This document shows, piece by piece, positions 8,840 to 17,891 of a stretch of DNA of 36,732 nt. The stretch is from an uncultured bacterium. Its GTDB lineage: Bacteria; Actinomycetota; Actinomycetes; Mycobacteriales; SCTD01. Below the pieces are notes generated by a model. It did no database searches, was not told where the DNA came from, and worked only from the letters and a program-made list of their open reading frames with translations. The stretch is from contig CAXTFU010000007.1 of assembly GCA_964243385.1 (NCBI GenBank), forward strand, positions 1 to 36,732. The letters run 5' to 3'. The translations under genes were made by a program, and so were the position numbers. Positions within the stretch are counted from its first letter, which is position 1; every line of letters starts with the position of its first letter.

Positions 8840-10078
8840 TCAGGGAAGGCGGCTGAGCAGGGCCTGGGCCGCTGCGCTGACCAGAACCGGGTCGAACGTC
8901 AGCGCCATGTCCAGCGTTCTCGACGACGACTCAAGGGTCGGGCGGGCGACCACGGCGGCGGTGTAGTACCCGCCGACGACGACCACGGCGAAGTCCTCGC
9001 TGGCGGGGTCGTCGGGCTGCAGGACCCCGCAGCGCAGGCCGGTCAGCCGAGCCAGCGCCGCGGCCACGCCGACCGTGCCGGCGGCTGGGGCGTCGGCTAG
9101 GGCCTCCAGCAGATCGCACAGCGCCGGAGGCAGCAGGTGCGGGTCATTGGCGCAGACAAGCACCACCGGGGGCGGGTCGAGCTCGCGGGCCTGGGCGAGC
9201 AGCTGCCGGGCGACTTCGAGCACGGACGGGTAGTCGGCGCGGCGTGTGCCGGTCGCCCCGGCGACCACTGTGAAGGGTCCGGGCGGGACGCTGCGGTCCA
9301 GGGTGCGGGGGAGCAGCGGCACGGGGTGCGCCGGGCTGGTCAGCTCAGCCGGAAGCGGCCCGGGCCTTCCCAGGAGGTAGCCCTGGCCGTAGTGAGCCCC
9401 GTAGGCACGGGCCAGGTCCAAGTGCTCCTCGGTCTCGATGCCCTCCGCGACCACGACGGCGCCTGTGTCGGCCGCGTGGCGGAGCGCCGAGTGCAGGACG
9501 CGGGCGACGGTGACGTCGCCGGGCGTGCGCGGCCGGGTGTGCAGGAGCGCCAGGTCGAGCTTGATGACGTCGGGACGCAGCAGGGGCAGCAGCGCGAGGG
9601 AGTCGGGGTCGGAGCCGACGTCGTCCAGCGCGATGCCCCAGTCCTGCTCCCGGACCTGGTCGACAGCGCGCATCAGCGCTGCCGGGCGCGCCGCCAGTGC
9701 GCGCTCGGTCAGTTCGGCGTAACAGCGCAGGTCGGCGAACTGTCCCCACCGCTCGGCCTCCTGGTCGGTTGCCAGCAGCGTCTCGGGTTCGGCGTTGACG
9801 AACAACGACAGCGGATAGCGCAGGCCGCCGGCGCGGGCGGCGCCGACGGCCTGCTCCCGGCATAGCCAATCGAGCTCGGTCAGCCGTCCTGCGGCCCGGC
9901 CCGCCTCGAACAGCGCCGACGGCAAGGCGAGGGCGCCGCTGACGTCGGCTCGGGCGAGAGCCTCGTACCCGACGGCGGTCCCGCGTTCCAGGTCGACGAT
10001 CGGTTGGAACACCGGCCGAACCAGGCGCCCGTCGAGGACCTCCCGCAGGGAAGCCGTCTGGGACGGTGCGGATGCCAC
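8840..10078 (-). CDS. EAL-domain protein (putative c-di-GMP phosphodiesterase) with an uncharacterised C-terminal domain
   Basis: EAL-domain motifs are present: FQPIVDLERGTAVGYEALAR, LFVNAEP, ALDDVGS, IKLD, AEGIETEE and GQGYLLGRP. The C-terminal ~160 aa (VVLVCANDP...EDFAVVVVGGYYTAAVVAR...LTFDPVLV) may be a DICT-like sensory domain, but that call has low confidence. Confidence 0.9.
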   Translation of the reverse strand: MASAPSQTASLREVLDGRLVRPVFQPIVDLERGTAVGYEALARADVSGALALPSALFEAGRAAGRLTELDWLCREQAVGAARAGGLRYPLSLFVNAEPETLLATDQEAERWGQFADLRCYAELTERALAARPAALMRAVDQVREQDWGIALDDVGSDPDSLALLPLLRPDVIKLDLALLHTRPRTPGDVTVARVLHSALRHAADTGAVVVAEGIETEEHLDLARAYGAHYGQGYLLGRPGPLPAELTSPAHPVPLLPRTLDRSVPPGPFTVVAGATGTRRADYPSVLEVARQLLAQARELDPPPVVLVCANDPHLLPPALCDLLEALADAPAAGTVGVAAALARLTGLRCGVLQPDDPASEDFAVVVVGGYYTAAVVARPTLESSSRTLDMALTFDPVLVSAAAQALLSRLP

Positions 10079-10709
10079 CCCGCAGCACCTGCCCGGTCGC
10101 GCCCCCGCTCACTCGTCCGCGACCCGCCCGGACGGCGCACAGTCGCTCACCGGCTTGTCCTGGCCCGTCTCCGCCCCGGCTCGGGCTCGGGCGGCCGGCT
10201 GCCCGCGCTGCCCGAACTGCGGGCGCGCGCGCGGCCGGCCGCCGTCGCGCTCGGGACGCGCGTAGGCGGCAGCTCGGCTGAGGCTTACGCCGCGCACGAG
10301 GCGCAGCACACCGCGGACCCGGTCTTCGCCACGCTGTGCAACCTCACCTGCGGCGCTATGGACGGCGGACAAGCCATGTCGGCGATGCAGCCAGCCCTCC
10401 CCACTGCGGTGACCGGGCCGGCCGCTACGCGCCGGTACGGCTTCGGGCAGCCCCCGCGACGCGGCGGTCACGGTCCACGCTCGCCTCGACGCCGCGTTCC
10501 GGGCAGGCTGGCGCAGGCAGTTCCACGACCCGGACAAGGGGTCGGCGGCGGCCACGGCAGCGGCGGACCGCCCGGACCGCGTCTCGTACGGCTGTTCCTG
10601 CCCAGCCCGTCTCTCTCACCGGCTAGCCGGGCGCACGGCCAGCCGCGCCCAGCAAGCAGCCCTCCCGCCCGGCGGCCTACTTGCCCGCTTCACCTCGGCT
10701 TCACGGGAG

Positions 10710-11153
10710 TCAAGGCGCGACGGGTGGCCGGCCTGTTCCGCGGTGTCGGTGCGAGCTCACGCTCGCCGGGTCGGCGCCGGGTGGACGGCCGGGCTCGGTT
10801 GCCCGTCCGGCCGTCGGCCCCCGGACGGGATGCACCGTCGGAGGTCCGAGGCTGGCGGACGGCCGGCCGAACAAGTCGTCCGCGTCGCACTCCTTGACGC
10901 TGCGCACCACCTCGCTCGCGCCGTGGTGGTGCACGAGCCGGAAGTGATGGGTCCCGGGCTCGCCTGCGCCCGATAAGGCAAACGCCGGTCGCCAGTCCGT
11001 GACCCCGCGCGTCTTCGTGACCTGCTTGCCCGGATCGCCCCAGCCGGAGCCCTGCGTCCAGGGGCGGAGGGGCTGAGGGACGGGAGGCCAGGGGGCGGAG
11101 GTCGTATGCCGAGGTCCGCTGGCAGCGCCGCCGCTGCAGCGGCCCGCCGACAA
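10710..11153 (-). CDS. Hypothetical ORF, or a relic of a decayed gene
   Basis: Only the central ~70 codons (GWGDPGKQVTKTRGVTDWRPAFALSGAGEPGTHHFRLVHHHGASEVVRSVKECDADDLFG) show coding-like third-position GC and composition. Both flanks are Pro/Arg/Gly-rich junk. I recognise no family. Confidence 0.2.
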   Translation of the reverse strand: MSAGRCSGGAASGPRHTTSAPWPPVPQPLRPWTQGSGWGDPGKQVTKTRGVTDWRPAFALSGAGEPGTHHFRLVHHHGASEVVRSVKECDADDLFGRPSASLGPPTVHPVRGPTAGRATEPGRPPGADPASVSSHRHRGTGRPPVAP

Positions 11154-11229
11154 GGCCGCGGCCGCCGCCCGGATCCGACGTGCACCGTCACGAGCGTGCG
11201 TGGCGCAGGCCCACCTGACCCGCCAAGCG

Positions 11230-12750
11230 TCAGGCGGCGGCCGGTGCGGCGTGCTCGGCCAGCACGGCGGTGCGGTGGCGGGCGCGCAGCCGGTAGTACG
11301 CCAGGCCGCCGAGCACGATCGCGCCGATGAACACGAACGCGCCCCAGCGCAGGTACCAGTGCTGCGGTCCGGCCGCGTTGTAGACCTCCGCCCGCGGCCA
11401 CGCGAGGTTCAGCGCCATGGCGCTGCCCCACAGGACGGCGACGACGTTGACGGGCAGGCCCCAGCGGCCGAGCGAGAAGCCCGGCGTGCGCCCCGGCCGA
11501 GGCCACTGCCCGCGCAGCCGGGCCAGCAGCATCGGCACGGTGACGAGCAGGTAGGCCAGGTAGATCATGATCACGGCGATGCTCGTCACCACGGTGAAGA
11601 TCTGCGGCTGGCGGACGTTCACCACCAGGATCGCGACGGCCAGCGCGCCGATGACGACCGCGGCGGTGACGGGCGTCTTGAAGCGGGGGTGCACCGTCGC
11701 GAGCCGTCGGCTCGCCGGGAGCCGGTCGTCGCGCGACATCGCGAACACGAGCCGGATGGCGGCGCTCTGCACGGCCAGCACGCAGACGGTGATCGCCAGC
11801 GCGACGGTGACGAGGAACGCCTTGCCGACGCCGGTGCCGAGCGCCTGGAGCACGATGTGCTGCAGGCCACCGGTGAACTCGCCCGCCCGCGGGTCGGCGA
11901 GGTCCTCCACCGCCATGACGGCCAGCAGGATGATGAGCCCGCCGAGCAGGAAGCTCGCGACGATGGCCCGCAGGATCGCGGTCGGAGCGGTCCGGCGCGG
12001 GTCGACGGTCTCCTCCCCCAGCGAGCTGGCGGTGTCGAAGCCGTACATGACGTAGCCGCTGGCCAGCGAGGCGACGAGGAACGCGCCCAGGAAGCCGAGG
12101 TCGCGGGCCTCGCCGGTCCCGTTGGTCTCGAGCACCGCGCCGGGCCCGCGCACCGCGGCCGTGGCGAGTGCGCCGATGAGCAGCACCGCGGCGACCAGCT
12201 CGATGACGACGCCGGCGCTGTTGATGCGCGTCATGAGCTTGACGCCGAAGGCGTTGACCGCCGTCGTGACGAGGATGAGCGCGCTACCGAGCACGACGGC
12301 GTTGGCGGCGACGTCGTACTGCCCGCCGCCGTCGCCGTACAGCTGGAAGCCCGACCAGATCTGCGGCAGCGTCAGCTGGTAGGCCAGCGCGACGGCGGCG
12401 ATCGACACGATCGAGGCGAGCATCATCACCCAGCCGGCGAGCCACGCCGTGCTCGGGCGACCCAGCTTCTTGGACCAGTTGTAGACCGAGCCGGCGACGG
12501 GGTACTGCGCGGCCAGCTCGGCGAAGCACAGGGCCACGAGCAGCTGGCCGGCGAACACGATCGGCCAGGACAGGACGTACGCCGGACCGGCTGCCCCGTA
12601 GCCGAACGAGAACAGCTGGAAGGTCCCGGTGAGGATCGAGATGTAGCTGATCCCGGCGGCGAAGCTGGCGAACCGGCCGATCGACCGGTCGAGCTTCTGC
12701 ACGTAGCCGAAGTCGGCCAGCTCGTCCGGCGGCGGTGCGGTGGCGGTCAC
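11230..12750 (-). CDS. APC-family amino acid permease
   Basis: It has about 12 TM segments. The family-typical N-terminus reads LDRSIGRFASFAAGISYISILTG...FAELAAQYPVAGSVYNWS. I chose the in-frame GTG at 12750 because GAGGAG lies 6 nt upstream. The track start at 12939 adds an Arg/Ala-rich 63-aa leader that is unlikely to be real. Confidence 0.9.
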   Translation of the reverse strand: MTATAPPPDELADFGYVQKLDRSIGRFASFAAGISYISILTGTFQLFSFGYGAAGPAYVLSWPIVFAGQLLVALCFAELAAQYPVAGSVYNWSKKLGRPSTAWLAGWVMMLASIVSIAAVALAYQLTLPQIWSGFQLYGDGGGQYDVAANAVVLGSALILVTTAVNAFGVKLMTRINSAGVVIELVAAVLLIGALATAAVRGPGAVLETNGTGEARDLGFLGAFLVASLASGYVMYGFDTASSLGEETVDPRRTAPTAILRAIVASFLLGGLIILLAVMAVEDLADPRAGEFTGGLQHIVLQALGTGVGKAFLVTVALAITVCVLAVQSAAIRLVFAMSRDDRLPASRRLATVHPRFKTPVTAAVVIGALAVAILVVNVRQPQIFTVVTSIAVIMIYLAYLLVTVPMLLARLRGQWPRPGRTPGFSLGRWGLPVNVVAVLWGSAMALNLAWPRAEVYNAAGPQHWYLRWGAFVFIGAIVLGGLAYYRLRARHRTAVLAEHAAPAAA

Positions 12751-13127
12751 GGCAGGCTCCTCAGCGGCGTGCGGACGGTCGGCGCGCCGAGCGGCGAGTC
12801 TGGCACCGGCCGCCCTAGCGGCGGGGCGGCGGGCTCTTCCTCGGTGGTACGTCTCCCCGTCGACGGCTCTGTCAAGCGAGGATGACGACCGGCTCGCGGC
12901 GTCCGGTGCCCGCCCCCGGTCGGCTGCTCCCTCCGGCACCCCGGGCGTGCTCGTCGAACGCAGGCCCGTCGCTTGCAGCGGCCCTCCCGCGCCGCGTCCG
13001 CGTCCCCGGCCCGGGCCACGGCCAGGACGAGGCGCGAGGGCAGTCCGACCGCGGGCGGCGCGCGCGCCTCAGCGCCCGGGTCCGCGAACAGCCCGTCCGA
13101 CCAGCCCGACGTGCCAATATTGACTCC

Positions 13128-13140
13128 TTAACCGGGTTAA
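13128..13140. promoter_or_regulatory. Perfect inverted repeat TTAACC-G-GGTTAA upstream of hipB (candidate HipB operator)
   Basis: The 6-bp arms with a 1-nt spacer are seen directly in one of the few AT-rich patches of the window. A TTGACT hexamer lies at 13120-13125. The repeat sits 30 nt upstream of the hipB start. Confidence 0.4.
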
Positions 13141-13169
13141 GACGCCAGGACTGGCAACAAGGAGGCGCG

Positions 13170-13484
13170 GTGCCGACGAACCGTAGGACCCCCACCGCGG
13201 TAACCCGGGCGCTCGTGCGCCTGGGGGAGCAATTCGGCACATGGAGGCGGCTGCGGCAGCTGACCGTCGAAGAAGTGGCCGACCGCGCCGACGTCGGTTC
13301 GAGGACCGTGGCAAGGCTCGAGGACGGCCAGGGAGTCACCCTCGAGAACGCGCTGCGGATAGCGCGGGCCCTCGGCGTCCTCGACGTCCTGCTTGAGGCC
13401 CTCGACCCGTACGCGAGCGACGTCGGCCGCCTCCGGGCCGACGAAGCCCTTCCGGACCGCGTCCGCCGGGTCCGACGGCCATGA
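13170..13484 (+). CDS. hipB: XRE-family HTH antitoxin (HipB-like)
   Basis: The HTH reads LTVEEVADRADVGSRTVARLEDGQGVTLENALRIARALG. The GTG start has AAGGAGG upstream. Its stop overlaps the hipA ATG (ATGA at 13481-13484). Confidence 0.85.
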   Translation: MPTNRRTPTAVTRALVRLGEQFGTWRRLRQLTVEEVADRADVGSRTVARLEDGQGVTLENALRIARALGVLDVLLEALDPYASDVGRLRADEALPDRVRRVRRP

Positions 13485-14731
13485 CCGAGGCGCAGGTGTG
13501 GGCCGTCGCAGCAGGACAGGACCTGCGGGCCGGGACGCTGTACTCGCATCGCCGCCGGGGCGTCGAGTCGTCGACCTTCGCCTACCTGCCGGAGTACCTG
13601 GCCGCGCCAGGCGCCTGGTCCCTGGACCCCGAGCTGCCGTTGCGCAGCGGCGCCTTCCAGACGAGGGCCCGTGCGCCGTTGTTCGGCGCCTTCACCGACT
13701 GCGCACCGGACCGCTGGGGACGCACCTTGATGACCCGCCGGGAAGCCGCGCTGGCCCGCGCGCAGGACCGCGCCCAGCGCTCGCTCGGAGAAGCGGACTT
13801 CCTCCTGGGGGTCCGGGACGACCTCAGGCAGGGCGCCCTGCGGTTCCGGGACACCGGCGGCGACGGCCCGTTCCTGGCCGACGACGAGACGGGGGTCCCA
13901 GCGCTCACCGACCTGCCCGTCCTGCTCGACCTCGCGGCCCGCGCGGAGCGCGACACCGCGGACCTGCCCGACCTGCAACGGCTCATCCGGGTCGGCAGCT
14001 CGCTGGGCGGCGCCCGCCCGAAAGCGCACGTGCTCCGCCCCGACGGACGGGTCGCCATAGCCAAGTTCCCGAGCGCGGACCGCGACACCTGGAACGTGAT
14101 GGCGTGGGAGAAGGTTGCGCTCGACCTCGCGGACCGGGCGGGCATCACCGTCCCGGCGTCGACGCTGCTGCGCCTCGCGGACCGGAGCGTGCTCGTCCTG
14201 GACCGGTTCGACAGGGACCGCTCAGGCGGCCGCGTCGGCTACGCCAGCGCGATGACGATGCTCGAGGCTTCCGACGGGGACAGACGGTCCTACCTCGACA
14301 TCGCCGAGGTGGTGGAGTCCCGGTCCGGCAGGGCCACCGAGGAACTCGCCGAGCTCTGGCGCCGCGTCGTGTTCTCCGTCCTGATCTCCAACACCGACGA
14401 CCACCTGCGCAACCACGGGTTCCTTCATGTCAAGGGCGACGTGTGGCGCCTGGCCCCGGCGTTCGACCTCAACCCGGACCCGTCGCCCGGCCCGACGTAC
14501 CTCGCGACGGCCATCGACGACTCCGACGACGTCGCGAGCATCAACGCCGCCCTGGCGGTCGCCGACTTCTTCCGGCTGACGGATCAGCGGGCCCGGTCGC
14601 TGCTCGACGAGGTCGCGGGCGCCGTCTCCGCGTGGCAGGCGGTCGCCCGGTCCCACGGTCTCAGCCAGCGAGAGATCGACGGCATGGCGCCGGCCTTCGC
14701 CGCGCTGCGGGACGCGTCGACGCCTGCGTAG
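13481..14731 (+). CDS. hipA: Type II toxin-antitoxin system HipA-family serine/threonine kinase toxin
   Basis: HipA motifs are present: SLGGARPKA, NTDDHLRNHGFL (catalytic loop) and LAPAFDLNP. The N-terminal coupling domain includes FGAFTDCAPDRWGR. Confidence 0.95.
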   Translation: MTEAQVWAVAAGQDLRAGTLYSHRRRGVESSTFAYLPEYLAAPGAWSLDPELPLRSGAFQTRARAPLFGAFTDCAPDRWGRTLMTRREAALARAQDRAQRSLGEADFLLGVRDDLRQGALRFRDTGGDGPFLADDETGVPALTDLPVLLDLAARAERDTADLPDLQRLIRVGSSLGGARPKAHVLRPDGRVAIAKFPSADRDTWNVMAWEKVALDLADRAGITVPASTLLRLADRSVLVLDRFDRDRSGGRVGYASAMTMLEASDGDRRSYLDIAEVVESRSGRATEELAELWRRVVFSVLISNTDDHLRNHGFLHVKGDVWRLAPAFDLNPDPSPGPTYLATAIDDSDDVASINAALAVADFFRLTDQRARSLLDEVAGAVSAWQAVARSHGLSQREIDGMAPAFAALRDASTPA

Positions 14732-15447
14732 CCCGAACCGTCGCAAACGACCAGCAGCCACGCGGAGGGGCCGCCGTCGCCTGGCCGGTGCGGACCGCTG
14801 CCGGGAGCGGTGGTGCTCCCTCCTCCCGACCGATCCGTGCCCGCGGCGCGGCGCACGGGTGCCGCCGGACGTGTCTCGCAGCATGACCGGTCGACACGTG
14901 TCCGAAAGCGGTCGGCGAGCAGCCGCCGCCCCCGCTGGCGCCGAGCCCCGTGACGGCTGATCGACCCAGGGCGCCGCCGGACGACCCGTGACCTTGCGCG
15001 CGACCCGTCGCTCGCGCCCCCCCCCCGGCAGTCCAATGCCGTGGCCAGCCGACGGACGGGCTCGTCGGAGCGGACCGCTTGACTCGAGGCGGCTGTGACC
15101 GTCAGCACCGCCGCGGACGCATCGAGCGCCGCCCAGGCCCGCGCCCGGCGACCCGCAGCCACTTCCATGGCCCGCTGGCCGGCCCACTGACCCCCTGGCC
15201 ATCTCGACGGCGGCGTCGGGTCACAGACTTCAACGAGCAGCAGCGGGGCGCGCGCCGTCCAGATCAGACACGCGCGCGGGCCCCGGACGTCCGTCCGGGT
15301 CCGCTGCTGGCGAATACTGAGCGGCGGTGGCTGTTCGCCGCGCCGCGCGCTCGCCCGGCAGCGGCCAGACCGAAAGGCGCCCGCCCGCGCAGCGTCAGGT
15401 CCGCCCGCCGGCCCTGGTCGCCCCGAGCGGTGAGGCAAGATGTCGCC

Positions 15448-15762
15448 ATGGGCGCAGCAACCGGTCCGGCTGCCGGAACGGGTTGGCGACGGCGGCTCGC
15501 GTACGGGCTGGAACGCCGCCCGCTCGAGCCGCACCGCCCCTTGCCCTGGGTGCTGCGCGGCTTGTCGTGGCTTGCCGTGGCGACCGCCTGCGTCGGGTTC
15601 GGCGCAGTCGCGCCGCTCGTCGCCACCGACGCGTCCGCCGGCGCGACAGCAGTCGCGGCGAATGCGGGGGTCGCCTTGCTCGGAGCGGCCGCGGTCCTGC
15701 GGACATGCGCTCACCTCAGCCGACCGCTGCCGGTCGCGCTGGCGCCTGAGGACCGATCCTGA
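15448..15762 (+). CDS. Small hypothetical membrane protein
   Basis: It is the internal ATG-initiated part of track ORF 15079..15762. It has two hydrophobic helices (LSWLAVATACVGFGAVAPLVA and AVAANAGVALLGAAAVL). Third-position GC is coding-like. I recognise no family. Confidence 0.45.
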   Translation: MGAATGPAAGTGWRRRLAYGLERRPLEPHRPLPWVLRGLSWLAVATACVGFGAVAPLVATDASAGATAVAANAGVALLGAAAVLRTCAHLSRPLPVALAPEDRS

Positions 15763-15763
15763 C

Positions 15764-16279
15764 GTGATCCGCGTCTGGGCTGTCGCCTCCCTCGTGTCGG
15801 TGGTCATGTCCTCCGCGGCTTTCCTCAGCGCGCGCACAGGTCTGCGGAACCTGCGGGAGGCCGCCAGCGCACGTCGGCGCCCGCCGCTGGAGCCGGCGGA
15901 GGTCGCAGCAGGCGCGCGCCCGGTGTCCAGCGCGCCGACCGGATGGCCGCGACCGGCAGACATAGGCGACGCACCGCTGGCCGCGGCCTACCGCGACTAC
16001 GCCCGCGACCGCCGCGAGACGGCCGTCCTTCTCGGCGAACTGCTCATCCTCACCGCGGGCGCAGCCCTCGGCGCATCAATCCCTGATGCGCTCCGCGGCG
16101 GTTGGGAGAGCTGGCCGTTCCTCGCGGCGCTTCTTTTCGGTGCGCTCGGCGTGATACTCCGGCGTCGGGGCGAGGTCTGGTGGGTGCACGTGGCCGCGAT
16201 CTACGCGCGCCGTCTCGGGGACCTCCAGACGCCGCCCGTTCCACCGCCGGCCGTGCCGCCGTGGTGGCGCCGACGCTGA
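15764..16279 (+). CDS. Hypothetical membrane protein
   Basis: The GTG start lies 1 nt after the previous stop. It has TM helices (VWAVASLVSVVMSSAAFL, LLGELLILTAGAALGA and WPFLAALLFGALGVIL). I recognise no family. Confidence 0.5.
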   Translation: MIRVWAVASLVSVVMSSAAFLSARTGLRNLREAASARRRPPLEPAEVAAGARPVSSAPTGWPRPADIGDAPLAAAYRDYARDRRETAVLLGELLILTAGAALGASIPDALRGGWESWPFLAALLFGALGVILRRRGEVWWVHVAAIYARRLGDLQTPPVPPPAVPPWWRRR

Positions 16280-16802
16280 GCGCGCCCGTCAAGCCGGCCA
16301 CAGGACGCACCCCGGCAGCCAGACATCGAACTCCGGCCGCGGCCGCCGCGACGCGAGGGCGGCCCGGTCGCGGCGGGCGGGCCCCGAAGATGGGGCGCCC
16401 TGCCAGGCCAGGCGCATGCCCACCCGCTTGCTGTCCGTCCCGGACGCCGCAAGCGGCTGAACAGACGCAGACGCAGACGCGGCTGCGGACCTGCGGGCGG
16501 AGCCGCCGCGCCGGTTGCCGGTGCTCGCAGCGCACCGGCGGGAGCGCACGGGACCGGCCGCACGGAGCGCCGCCGCCCGGCTCGCACCACCGGGCGGGCA
16601 GGATGGGGCGCCGCACGGGCGTCCGCGACAGCACAGCGGTCGGCCGGCCCGCGGCGGCGCCCAGCCGCGATGCCGACGCCCGGGTGCCGCCCGGCGCCCG
16701 TCCACGCCTCCTGATCGGCAGATGCCCGCGACGATGCCTCCGCCCGGACCAGCCCGCACGGCCGACGCGCCCGTCGACCCCGGGCGGCCCGCCGGTCGGC
16801 GC

Positions 16803-17510
16803 TCAGCGCCCCGGCGCGTCCTCCCACAGCAGGACATGCCACCGGGGCGTGAGCGACCAGCCCCGTCGCAGGACGTCGTCAGCGATCCGGCGCGACGTGG
16901 ACAGGACGCCGGCGCCGGTCGTGCCCTCGGCCATGACGGTCACCCGTCGCATGCCGTGGCGGTCGACGAGGACCTGGGCTTCGTCGAGGTCGGCAGCGTC
17001 CCGGGCCACGAACTTGAACCAGACGTTGTCGCCGCCGGCGAAGGCGGCTAGCGCGTCGTCCCTTACGCGCCGTCGCAGCGGGACACCGCTGTGGGCGAGC
17101 TTCGGGCTGACGACGACCGTCTCGAAGGCCGAGAGCAGCCCGCCGGCCGGTACGTGCACGCCGGCCGTCTCGAGGTGCACGCGCCGGCCGGCCAGCGCGG
17201 GTTCGGCGAGGAGCGCCCGCACGCCGTCCTGCTGCGCCAACGGCTCGCCGCCGGTGACCACGACGATGCCGTGCGGGCCGGCGCGGCGGTCCGCCTCGAC
17301 GGCGGCCCGTCCGGTGTTCAGCGTCCGCGGAGGGGACGTCATGCGTGACGGGTCCCAGCTGTACGCGGTGTCGCACCAGGAGCAGGCCACGGGGCAGCCG
17401 GACAGTCTGATGAACGACGCGACGTGGCCGACGGCTGGGCCCTCGCCCTGGACCGTCGGCCCGAAGATCTCGCTCACCCTCAGACTCGGCTTGGTCGGGC
17501 CTCCGGTCAC
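16803..17510 (-). CDS. queE: 7-carboxy-7-deazaguanine synthase (radical SAM, QueE)
   Basis: The N-terminus reads SEIFGPTVQGEGPAVGHVASFIRLSGCPVACSWCDT, which contains the CX3CX2C radical-SAM cluster. VVVTGGEPL is also present, and the length of about 235 aa is typical. The GTG start overlaps the queD stop (GTGA at 17507-17510). The track ORF start at 17786 is over-extended. Confidence 0.9.
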   Translation of the reverse strand: MTGGPTKPSLRVSEIFGPTVQGEGPAVGHVASFIRLSGCPVACSWCDTAYSWDPSRMTSPPRTLNTGRAAVEADRRAGPHGIVVVTGGEPLAQQDGVRALLAEPALAGRRVHLETAGVHVPAGGLLSAFETVVVSPKLAHSGVPLRRRVRDDALAAFAGGDNVWFKFVARDAADLDEAQVLVDRHGMRRVTVMAEGTTGAGVLSTSRRIADDVLRRGWSLTPRWHVLLWEDAPGR

Positions 17511-17857
17511 GCCCGGGCCGCGGCTCTGCTCGTGGCGGTCTCCCAGACGGTGACCTCGCTCGCGGGGAGCCCGGCCGTCCTGAGCCAGTCGAGGAAGGTC
17601 ACCGCGAGCACCTCGGCGGTCGGGTTCGGCACGAGGTCGTTCAGGAGCGTGTGGTCGCACTTGTCGACGACCTCGCGTCGGACGACGGACCCGAGGTCGG
17701 CGAAGTCCATGACGATCCCGTTCGCGTCGAGGTCGCCGCTCACGGTGACCTCGATGCGGTAGCTGTGCCCGTGGAGCCTGCCGCACTTCCCAGGGTGCCA
17801 GGGGAGGACGTGCGCGGCCTCGAAGCGGAACGCCTTGGTGATGGATACGGAGGGCAC
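17507..17857 (-). CDS. queD: 6-carboxy-5,6,7,8-tetrahydropterin synthase (QueD)
   Basis: The sequence ITKAFRFEAAHVLPWHPGKCGRLHGHSYRIEVTVSG...MDFADL...DH fits the T-fold QueD/PTPS family, including the CxxxHGH zinc and catalytic motif. The protein is 116 aa. It is the 3' end of the 511-aa track ORF 17507..19042, most of which is artefact. Confidence 0.9.
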   Translation of the reverse strand: MPSVSITKAFRFEAAHVLPWHPGKCGRLHGHSYRIEVTVSGDLDANGIVMDFADLGSVVRREVVDKCDHTLLNDLVPNPTAEVLAVTFLDWLRTAGLPASEVTVWETATSRAAARA

Positions 17858-17881
17858 CGGGGCAGGGTACCCACGACAGAA

Positions 17882-17891
17882 ATACATGTAT
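17882..17891. promoter_or_regulatory. Perfect 10-bp palindrome ATACATGTAT in the 43-bp divergent queD / XRE intergenic region (candidate operator and promoter core)
   Basis: It is seen directly and is the only AT-rich patch in the locus. TATAGT (17889-17894) fits an actinobacterial TANNNT -10 element and ends 6 nt before the ATG at 17901. That spacing suggests a leaderless transcript for the XRE gene. Confidence 0.4.

Noticed and set aside
11200-12885. A 561-aa plus-strand ORF.
   Set aside because: It lies antisense to the APC permease. Its composition is highly charged and biased (D/R/G/H/E-rich), typical of the antisense frame of a membrane-protein gene.
12872-14029. A 385-aa minus-strand ORF spanning the hipB promoter, hipB and the 5' part of hipA.
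   Set aside because: It lies antisense to the well-supported hipBA genes and has junk-like composition.
14584-15963. A 459-aa minus-strand ORF, plus 14222-15202 and 13393-14886.
   Set aside because: Their composition is junk-like. They overlap hipA and the small membrane ORFs in antisense or alternative frames.
16462-16479. A (CAGACG)x3 micro-tandem repeat.
   Set aside because: It has three units only, lies in gene-less DNA and has no flanking structure. It is most likely slippage noise and not a CRISPR or regulatory array.
16102-17553. A 483-aa plus-strand ORF, plus the Pro/Arg-rich ORFs in 16201-16842.
   Set aside because: It lies partly antisense to queE. The remainder covers the gene-less gap 16280-16802 and has no protein-like features.
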